DNA from: Ruditapes philippinarum
Lineage: Eukaryota
DNA length: 64,000 bases
Direction of reading: 5' to 3'
Assembly (NCBI RefSeq): GCF_026571515.1
Contig: NW_026859122.1
Location: 124,001 to 188,000 of the forward strand
Shown piece after piece: positions 11,950 to 22,807 of the stretch. A program made the position numbers and the translations under genes. Every line of letters starts with the position of its first letter. The stretch's first letter is position 1. Under the pieces are notes generated by a model. The model was not told where the DNA came from, ran no database searches, and was given only the letters and a program-made list of their open reading frames with translations.

Positions 11950-13971
11950 GGGAACACTGACATATCTAAATACATATGACTCTGCTAGATTATGTAACTT
12001 AACATGCATCATAGATTTAGATATGATTGTAGGGAATTATATGTTGGAAGTTTGAGTTACCGATAATATTATTGAATTGTTTTAGTATATAGGTATGAGG
12101 TAGATGCTATAATAACAGTACTTTTTAGGCATTTGAACTATACTGAAAAATATTCCATTCTAATAAATCTGTATTATCTATGAAACACTGTTGAGACATT
12201 CAAATTTTAAAAAAATATATATACCGGTATATATTTGGAGATGCAGTGAAAGGAAAGATGATATGCAAAATGGAGACATTTTTCAGAGTGATCAGGAAAC
12301 TAATTTTTATGTCTGTGTTTTTATTAATTTTTCTTTGTTAACTAGTTGTGATTTGGTTTTGCAACTTATAAGATCAGATAAGAAAGAAGGGACAGATTGC
12401 TTTGATTGTTTATATATTGTTGTAAGTTTAGCTTTTTAAGTTAGTGCATTTTAGAATAGATTCTTGCCTGTGATATATCACTTTACCATAAATGTTATTT
12501 TTTAGATTTTCTTTATATACACATTGTTTACTTTTTTAACATGGTTTTATGCTAGTTTTATATGTACATGTTAGAGGAGATTTTTATGTGTACACTTTGA
12601 ATGAAGTACAATATCATTATTAATTTTGTTTATCTATGTTACATTGTCATTAACATGTGATCTATTTAAGTATTTTTTAATTGACTGTGATACGAAATGA
12701 AAAGAGTTAAGATTTTATGTTAATGAATGCAAAGGAAATTTTTGTAAAGATTTTGGTTGACTATTTTGAAAGGAATTTTTCATAACCACATTGTATTGTT
12801 GATATACATGTATGGGTTATCCTTGTTTCATATGATAATTTTTTATTGTCTGTTGACCCCTTTCTATCTACAGCAATTAAACTGCTTTATTAAAAAAGTT
12901 CATAAGTATGTATTATATATACAAAAGCTAGAATTCCATTTTATATATAAAATCATTGTACTCCTACAAAGTTTGAAAGAAATGGTATTTTTTTTCCAAG
13001 ATAAGGGTATATTTTGCATTTATTCTCGATGTGCCTGTATTGGCAGCATTGAAAATTTTGTCACTCATTTTACAGTATTAACACTCTTTATTTAGCTTTC
13101 TAGTTTTAACATATTTTATTGCATTAAATACATGTTTACAAACATATTATACAAATAATGAGTATATATCAAAATACAAATGGGTTGGGCAACAAGTTCT
13201 TACAACATTAGATTTAGCCCTTCTTTTTGCTTTTGTGATATTAATATGTTTGTTGGTCATCATTATCTTCAGTTGATTTATACAACGTCTTGTCCTGTCG
13301 ACAATATGGATTATGATCAAACTTGCATGAATAATCCCCAAGGTGGCCCTCTACAAATGATAAAATGGTTCAAGTCTGATTCACAAGTAGAAATAAGACT
13401 ATAAAACTGAAATTAAAAAAAAAAACGTCACAAAAACTACAAGTACAATGCCCAGAGTTTAGATATTTGGCTCATAGAATTTTATAATACCCTGAGGACC
13501 TCTACAACAGATATATGGACCATGCCCCTGGGATCAAAATATCGACTTGTTTTATTAGTTTACATAGACTCGTAAACATGTTTTAAAAGACCTCACCTCT
13601 GAAACTACAGTGCTCAGAGCATTGATACTTGGCATGAAGCATCGATTTGTGGCATGAAACATCGATTTGTTGTTGTATAAAAAGTTTTTTTTACAAGTAT
13701 TGATAATGCCACTGTCAAAACTACTTTATTTTTACCTGTTTGGAAACACATTTTAATGTTAGGGAAACTAAATGTCTAGAGATTAGATATTTGGTATGTA
13801 GCATTTTGTCAAGGGAAATTAAAAAAGTCACGCTGTTGGGGTCAAAAATAACGCACCAAATGTGATCTGTTTGTTTCTTTCTGCAGTGCAGATTTTTTAA
13901 CAATGCATGTTAGTTGAGCGATGTAAAGCCATCATGGCATTCTTTTTAGTGAAATTTTGTAATGTGTTTTT

Positions 13972-14969
13972 TATTATAGGGTTAACGCACGTTTTTCCGT
14001 GTTATAACGTCTGCAGAGTCCCGAGGAACGGTTGGTGCCCGAGCCCGGTAGGGCGAGGGCTCCAACAGTTCCGAGGGACTCTGCAGACTTTATAACACGA
14101 AATAAACGTGCGTTGACGCTATTATAGCATAAAATTTTCAAACAGATTCGTGATGTATAGTTTATACAAAACACAATTACATTAAAGTCTTGTGCTTGGA
14201 CGGTATTTATCCAATTCTATGTTTTACGTATGCGTTTCATTTTTCCGGACCAACAACTTGGAAAATTCTCGGAACCGAACGAAATTTTGAATTTTAAATG
14301 ATTTAACAAAGCTTGGCCTTTGGAGATTTATTATCTCAAGAAAAAAACGTTACATTACTCTACCCTCTACCCAAGACAAAACATGACCCTCAGAAATTCT
14401 TAGAATGATTTCAGATTGACGGTAGAAAAAAGATCAGTGACATCAGAATCGGTTTTTTTTTTAAACAAACAAGTTTATAAAAAAATCAGGCACTAAGCAT
14501 TATTCTCTCAAAGAAATATAAAGAGCATTTATCAACATTAACATAAATAAAAAACATTTTCTCATATTAATTTTGTGTTATCTAGTTGTGTAAGTTAATC
14601 GGAGTGTTAAACTGAATGACAGGTAGATTAGAACTACTGTATTTGTTTACATTGACAACTGTCCGTTTCTTAGAAAGGGCGACAACCAAGATTAGCACCG
14701 ATGTCTATACGCCGTTTTTCCGGCATAGTTACTTAAATATGCGACTGAGGCCCTCGAATTAAATAAATTTCAATATAACAAGAGCGCATGACTCTTCGGC
14801 AAACAGGCCAAATCGTCATTTTTTGTTTGTTTGTTTACTGGGCCCTGTATGTATTGCGCATAGGTGAAACCGGGCTATAACAAGAGCGCGTGACTATGTT
14901 AACACATGGTTTTGGTCCCGTTATAACATGGGCAAAAGAGGGAAAAATAGCCGATTTTATGCTATAATA
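13972..14969. mobile_element. Non-autonomous element with a long terminal hairpin and an internal/terminal inverted repeat (Crypton-like, tentative)
   Basis: ~147-bp GC-rich imperfect palindrome at 13976-14122, then TATTATAGCATAAAAT (14120-14135), which is inverted at 14954-14969. Confidence 0.55.
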
Positions 14970-16422
14970 TTGTTTATTCTATTGTTCATACACTAGTTGT
15001 TGATTGATATACATGTATTGGAAAGTAGTAAAAGATTTTAAAACACTTTTATGAATTATGTTATTTGTTATTGATGACACAATCATACACAGGTAGTTTA
15101 CAGTATCTGATATGGTGTATACACCTACCTTGTACATTAATCACATAGGGAATTTGTTGTGTGTGTAGAAAATAATTCATCGTCCTGAGACTAATCAGTT
15201 GTATACCAGTGAAGGTCATCATGCAAACCAAACTGTTTCACACACCATTATATAGCACTACCCAAGGCCTATATCTTGCACAGATTTTTACAAAATTATG
15301 GTCGTATGTGAACTAAAATATTGTTGCCCTGGGACCTGAAATGATCTCTTGTCCCCGAGTCGTCAGCAAAATTTGTTGGGACGGCACTCTGGAATTACAG
15401 AAAATAAATTTATTTTTTAATTTGAGACGTTTCAGAAGAAATTGGTTGTGTAAACTGAAACAAATACGTTCTTTAAAGGTTGAAACACTTTGACTTGTAG
15501 TTTAACTGTAAATAACTGCCATGCACTTATATTTTCTAGGCAACGATCTCAACTTGTTTTTGTAAAATAATTATATATTTAGTAAGAATAGATATGAAAA
15601 ATGTCTTACAGAAAAAAGTCGAAATCAGGCCACCATTCGTACTTAAAAAAACAAAAAAAACAACAACAAAAAACACACTTGTCGGAAGTGTTTCACTTTG
15701 CGCCGGTCTTCCAACATCATATAAGTTGTTAGCGACATACATTAAGCATAGAAAAGCTAGACAGTTGATATCATTTAATTCGCGACACACATCGTATAAT
15801 ATTTAGTGACATATGTTGAAAATACTTATTTACCATTAAAAATTATTTGCGTAGGCAAGTATCATAATTTAGCTTTATCTTACACAAAATAAGGATGGTT
15901 ACCACTTATAAAGCTCATAAAATAAATTCATGTACAAGATCGATATTGATTTTCAATTTCAATACAAATATTTGCCCAGGATATAGGTCATTTGATAAGT
16001 GGACAGTCAAGTACAACATATTATAATACCTATCATTATAAAATTGTCAAGTTTCACGACGTATCAAAACGGAATTTACTTTTTCTGCCTGACAACAATA
16101 TTATTAAAAGGTACCCTTTTATACTTAATTGTGGAAATACTTATTTTAATTAAAAAAATCATTTAATGAAAATAACCTCATATTCTTATACAATTAAACG
16201 AAAATTTCTCGAGTGTTTTAGAACCACGGAATCCGAGGAATACAAATTAATTATCTATATGGCTTTATGTGGATTGATATACATTGGGCAAATTTTTCGG
16301 TAGGAAATTTCAAATGTTGATAAAAGCATTCAAAAAAGTTGCATTTGGATATCACCATAAAATATTTCTTGAACAAAATGTAGATCGAGATTTAAGTGAT
16401 TTAGTATGAACATCTATCTATT

Positions 16423-16503
16423 ATAATAATAATAATAACAATAATAACAATAATAATAATAATAAATAATAATGATGATGATAATGATGATGATAATAAT
16501 AAT
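16423..16503. repeat. (AAT/AAC/GAT)n microsatellite
   Basis: Direct reading of the sequence. Confidence 0.9.
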
Positions 16504-16767
16504 GTGTTTTAGAGCAATTTATTATCTGCTATATAAAGATATGCTATAGCCCTACAACATCTTTTTAAAACTACTAAATACAATAAAAAATAATAACTAA
16601 CTGTATTACAAACCTTCCATCATGGACAATTTCACTTTAACTAAGGCAATACCAGTCGTTAAAATTTAATATAAAAAGGAAAATCAATAATTTTTGAGAT
16701 TAAGATATATAAACAACAAGTATAAAACTGCAAACTATTCAAATATGTATAAACTGGTGCCTTTTAG

Positions 16768-17861
16768 ATGGCAGAGAGTGGCAGTGAAGGATTTGAAACC
16801 CTGGATGGTATAGGTGGAGATATAGACGTTGTGAGTATTTCAAAGTACATTTTGATTGCGAGAGTGTAACAGTTGACTCCAGAGTTAGAATTTAAACTAA
16901 CTTGGTAGAGGTTGACTTTCATGTCAAATATCTTAGCTATAGCCTTTATTGGTTAAGCGATGGTATTTAAAATTTTTACAATATACATATTAGGAAAACC
17001 GATAATCCATAGGAGAAGGGTCAATTTACCCCAGTCCTATAATTTGAATAAACTTTGTAATGGTCCAATAGACAATGTTTCATGTCCAATACGTAAGCTT
17101 TGGCAGTTATAGTTCATAAAATATTAGCCAAAAAAGGAGTTTTATTCAAACAATGGTAAAATCAATATATTTATACATTGAGAGCATCGCAACTGCTTTT
17201 TGATTGGATATCTTTAAAGTTAAATAATATATGTATACTCGTATTTCATGTCATAAGCACATAAGTTATCATATACTAGTCTATATACATCCCAGTACGA
17301 TAAATTAACCTTTATTTTCAGTGGGATAAACGTACATTAAAAGAAAAGCTTGGAGACGTTTCTGATGGTGGGGTGTTTCGTGGAAAAGATTTTATCTACC
17401 CGCTCTGGAAGACGTTGCTTAATAAATGGTTGGCGTACAAAACCTCAAAAGTATACCTTGTAACACCCTTTCTTGACGAGCAACGCATGCAAGAGGTCTG
17501 CAGGATAGCTTTGTTGAATGAAGCAGACGATAGAATCGCAAGCTTTTATGTGAGAGAAAAGTGCAATTTCAGTAAATCAATCTCAGATCTACAAGAAACT
17601 GTTACAGGTGAAATAAAGTCAGACGACAAAAGCAAAAAGATGCAGACGCGACTTGAGTCCATATACGAAAAGATTGTGGACCCCGGGAAAACTTTCCATG
17701 CCAAGTTTATGTGTTGTGTCCGTGGAAGCAAAGCCGAAGTTTTCATAACGAGCGCAAATTTTCATGGTTCTCACTTCGATTGTAATAATTTGGATACCGT
17801 TCAGTATATTACAACTACAAAAAAGAATTTCGAAGAAAGATTTTTACAGCCCTTGACATGA
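16768..17861 (+). CDS. Stand-alone single-HKD PLD-superfamily nuclease-like protein, ~200 aa, tandem paralogue of the upstream gene (exons 16768-16830, 17322-17861)
   Basis: MAESGSEGFETLDGIGGDIDV|WDKRTLKEKLG...FIYPLWKTLLNKW...KVYLVTPFLD...FYVREKC...TFHAKFMCCVRGSKAEVFITSANFHGSHFDCNNLDTVQY...RFLQPLT*. Donor GTT/gtgagt and acceptor tttcag/TGG, with the same DV|W phase-0 intron as the paralogue. Additional upstream coding exons cannot be excluded. Confidence 0.85.
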
Positions 17862-18550
17862 TTTTTTTCTACTCCACCTCCAAGTCATTCTCTTGGCAAC
17901 ACTTTCAGCATAAATCAATCGGTTAGCGTGCGCCCGAGCAAAATAAACGTCAGTTCCAGTTTAAAGCCGAATATTAGTAAAAAAAGTTTTAAGTTTTTTC
18001 CCATTCTACTGTTTTAAGACGGTATCACATTTCTCTTGTTGGTATCGGTTGTCGGTTTGTTTTATCGCATTTATAAGTTTGGCAGACGGTAGAGGTTAGT
18101 AATCCCATCGTTCGTCTGCAACTTATCAGTTTCTTTACAATCATAATTATCTACACACATTTTATCTTTTGCGTTTTTCCCCTATTTATATCCCAAATTT
18201 TACTTTTTATATCTTATGTTTTATTTTTACTTTTTATCTTACATTTTATTTTTACTTTTCTATCACAGCTTTTTACAACTGATGACAGCAAATCTATATA
18301 AACTAATATATTGTTTTTATCTATTTAAGTGTATTTTTGTATACTGTTTACAAATTGTATTAAATTATATATACATACAGGTTTATGTTTTATCGTTTAA
18401 TATTTGGAAAAAAAATGTGGGAAAGGATTTTCTTCTGTAACATTGTTAAAGGGCTGTAACGATTGATCTGATATTCACGATTCCAGCTTTGGCGTTTCAG
18501 ATATTTGATAGTCCCAAGTTCACTCAATCGTGATATTCACATCTATATCA

Positions 18551-19065
18551 ACAAGAGGACCATGGATCGCTCACCTGAGATACGTTGCTAGAAAATGGTC
18601 CAAATGTTAATCAGTAATGACGTCATTTTTTACCATGCTGCATAATTTTTAACAAGCTTATGGATGCCTGCTAAGCTCTTGACATTGTTATTTCACAGAA
18701 GACTTTATTTCTTTATTAAATGTGATTTACTATATAAGTCTATATAAACTCAATGAACTCCGGGACAGGAACCAGTTTTGACTCCATGGGCATGATTTAA
18801 ATAACTTTTGTAGAGAACCACAAGGTAATACATGGGCATTGTAATTTCTGAAAAGAAGATTTTTAAAGATTTTATTTTATATCCTGCAAACTACTTAAGC
18901 ATCAGACTGGAACCATTTATAGAACTTGGAGAAAACCACCTAAAAATCGTTCATGTAAAGTTTGGTCAAAATCCATCAAGCGGTTTAAAAACAAATTGTG
19001 GACAACGATGAAAGACAGATACACTGCCATTGCAAAACCTGACTTTGTGCGTAAGTGAGGTTATA
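18551..19065 (+). mobile_element. Degenerate HINE-like element of the same family as 226-3092
   Basis: ACAAGAGGACCATGGATCGCTCACCTGAG start and a decayed ACTTTGTGC..AAGTGAG end. Confidence 0.6.
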
Positions 19066-20644
19066 AATCTAATAACTCTTCAATATCCGTAAACATGTAA
19101 ATATCAACCCACAAAAACGTCCTTTTTATAGTTCAAATTTGTCTTATTTTCAAATCAACACATATAATTAACTATCACATACATATCTAAATGTATTTGC
19201 AAATTGGCTGACACACTCTACATGTCCAGAAATGAAAACACCACTGATTTATATGAATTGTTCAGATATTTATGAACATAAACTGGAATGTTTACATACT
19301 TGACATAGATAATAACACAAATCAAAGTGTGATGCATGTGTTTCATTTAATAACATTTGATCATGTAAATTTACTTCTTTCTTGAACAATTCTGAACACT
19401 TATATGAATTTAAACATTAAGTTTACAAATAAAGTACTAATTATGTAAAAAATAACACTAACTCACACCTTCGAACCTTGTTTACAGGGGTCTGTATATT
19501 TGTCTATCATTATGGAGGACAAAAACTAAAAGTACTTAACATATATTGCTCGTTTTGAGATGGGTTTTAAGTTACTCTGAAACTGTAAATTTCTAGCTAT
19601 TCTGGTGGGTCAAGTTATCCTCTGAGCATTTTTTTCAGGCACAAAGAGCCCATACATGAAAAATATCTGAAGTCCCTGATGTGATTCAAACAAATGGCAG
19701 TGAAGGGAAAAATTTCTTAGCAAAGTTTTCACTAAAATACCTTAGTTATGCCGCCCAAAACATTGTACATAAACATCTGAAACAATAATATATTAACAAT
19801 TTGTTGAGGCGCTACATAAGGAATGTATAGAGGATAATTGTTTGTTTCGGTATTCTTTTGTGACATAGGCTTATTGAGATTTCTTTAATTTGTTATAAAA
19901 CTGTCCATAGACTATATAACAATCATACCCTACAAGCTACACAAGCCTTGATTTATATGCATCTTAATATTTCTAAAAAGCTTAAACTTTAATCAATTTC
20001 ATTTTGATTGTATAACTGGTACCTTAATGAATTATTACCAATCATATAATCGAACATTACAAAATAATGTACCCTTATAATTTGAGTGAGTAATATCTGC
20101 TTAACTGAAATAATTTGACAAAGTTATGATTGAGAATATTTAACCTGTGCCTTGTGATAATTGTGTATTGGACATGTCTGGAATTAAATTCAGGACAGTC
20201 CATTGTGAGTACAAGGAAGTTTAATATCAATATAACAATACTGTGTAGTCAACATTACTTTCAAGTAACACAAAAAACAACAAAAAAACGCCATAAACTG
20301 GTAATAACTTTCACAGAAAACATTGCCTAATAAGAAAGCAAAAATATAAGCATGTACTGTATTTAAAAAGGTGACATCATAAAAAGCTTTTTTTCAGAAG
20401 ATCTGGCAGATTATAAAAATATTTGACAAAAAAATACATTAATTCATTGTACAACAAATAAATCATTACAAAAGAATCAATAATATAATCAATCATTAAA
20501 AAGAAGAAATTAAGCAGCAAGTATAAACATAACAAACTTCATCATTAACTTTGGTTTAACATAATTACATAAATAAATATATACGGGGTGGGCTAATGTG
20601 TATCAACAAGTGTGTATGAAGCTGTCCGACATATTTTTTCTAAA

Positions 20645-20885
20645 TTGCTTGTACATTAGTGCTTGCTTGTACGTTAGTACTTGTTTGTACATTAGTACTT
20701 GTTTGTGCATTAGTATTTGTTTGCACATAGTGACATTAGTACTGGCTTGTATATTAGTACTTGCTTGCACATTAGTGCTTTCTTGTACATAAGTACTTCC
20801 TTGTACATTAGTACTTGCTTGTACATAAGTACTTGTTTGAGCATTAGTACTTGTTTTCATATTAGTATCTGCTTGAACATCAGTA
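20645..20885. repeat. 18-bp minisatellite (ACATTAGTACTTGCTTGT), about 12 units
   Basis: Tandem units are visible directly and produce the 6-aa periodic ORFs in the track. Confidence 0.9.
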
Positions 20886-22807
20886 TCTAAATAATTGTGA
20901 AATGCTGATATGATACCCGAATATAGTCCAGAATGATTTCTTAAAGATCCTGTATGTTTTGTGATTGATATTGTTACTGTGTTTGTATACCACACTTGCA
21001 GAAAATATATATGTACATAATTATGCAAATAAAACAATTTTCAAACATAAAAGAATTTGGAAAATGTGTACAGCAAATATTTGTGCACATTATATTTAAT
21101 CAATAATTTATATGCATTCATTTCTTATGGGAAAGTTTGACTTAGAATTTATAAAAAATAAATTTCTAATTAGCTTCCTTTATTTACATGAAATATTAAA
21201 TTCGGTAATATCTTTATAAATAATGCTTATTGGAACTTACAATATAGAACAAATCTTAATTTGAGCATCATATTTATGAAATAAAACCATGAAAAAAATG
21301 TGTTACAGGATCTTTAAGTCTTAAAATTAATCAAATGATGAGAGTTTTTGGAGTTCATCACACTCGGTAAATCTCTCAGTATTTTAAAGTACTAATTCAC
21401 ACCAGAAAGATTATTTTTCTTTATTTTCTTCTGCAAGTAACATTGACATACTTCAAAGCTGCTAATGTTTATTGTGATAATAAAAAAACAACAGCTAATT
21501 TGTAAAAACCTCAAGTGTACAAACAATAGTTTTACAAATTTAATCCTGTATAAGGCACTTGCTATCCACGGAAATGAACATGAGATGTCCTATCACGTAG
21601 ATATACATGTTGCTCTTATTCTATGAGTAAAGAAGGAATCATATGGTGATAAAAATACTTAATAGTATGTCATTTCACATAAATGTATGCCAATATGCAC
21701 TTGGATTGTGAATATAGATACTTTTCTTCATCTATTCCTATATTTTTCTTCAGTTTGATTTTTTTAAAAAAGATTTTCACTGACCTTTTGGTGTGCAGTT
21801 TAAATCTTTAAAGCAGCATACCAACAGATTCATGTTTCATAAAACAAAATCAAAAATGTATTTTAAAGTAAAATAATGTGAAGTGAACAAAGAATAATTT
21901 ATACATTGTAAACAGCACTTAAATCAACATAAATTACCAAAAAGAGGTCAAAATAAGCAAAAATAGCTCTTAATGAGTTAGTAACACAGCAGAAATATGG
22001 TTACAAAAAATGCAAAATCATTCCCTAATCACACATAACATGTAAATTATTACTTGAATCTAAGATCTGTTTACTTTTCATGAAATCTTAGTACATTTTT
22101 TCTCAAGTTTAATTTTCTTACCATATTAAATTTAGGCTGAATTTTGAGGCATACAGCTTTAATAAATAAATTGCTTATTTAGAGGCTAATGCCAGCCTAT
22201 AGAGATCAACATTTTTGAGATGATAAATCAACCCTTTACCTGCTGACTTTGTGTAATGAATTTGTCTTGATTTAAAGCAGCACGCCTTCAGATTCACACT
22301 AATTTTCATGAAAATTTTGAAAATGTATACGAATGTATAATATTGTGAAGTAACCAAAAGGAAGCAATTTACACACTATCAATGACACTTTCAAACCATG
22401 TAAATTACTAAAAAAAGGTCAAAATATGCATAAAATGCCCTTACTGTGTAAGTAACGCAGTAGAAATGTGGTTGTAAATACTGAAAAATCAGTCACTGAT
22501 CGCACATAACATGTAAAATATTACTTGAATCTTGAAACTTTTTACTTTTCTTAACATCTTAGTACATTTTTCTCAAGTTCGATTTTATTGAAATATTTTG
22601 TCTCATCTGGAGGCATGTAGCTTTAAATTTAGAACACTCTGTTTGAAGTTTAAGAAATTTCAATATCAAATTTCAAAAACTGAGCTGCCAACAGTATAGA
22701 GCCTGGTCAGACTACACAGATGTGATGTGTAAGTTGGCCTGGCTCTATACTGGTGGCAAAGCCTTATCGCAGGTTAACAATTTGCAATCAACAAATGCTG
22801 TAAGTAT

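Noticed and set aside
7095-17861. Bacterial contamination as the source of the prokaryote-like nucleases
   Set aside because: Both genes have spliceosomal introns (one at a shared position) containing host repeats, and they are contiguous with MCM5 and SLC46.
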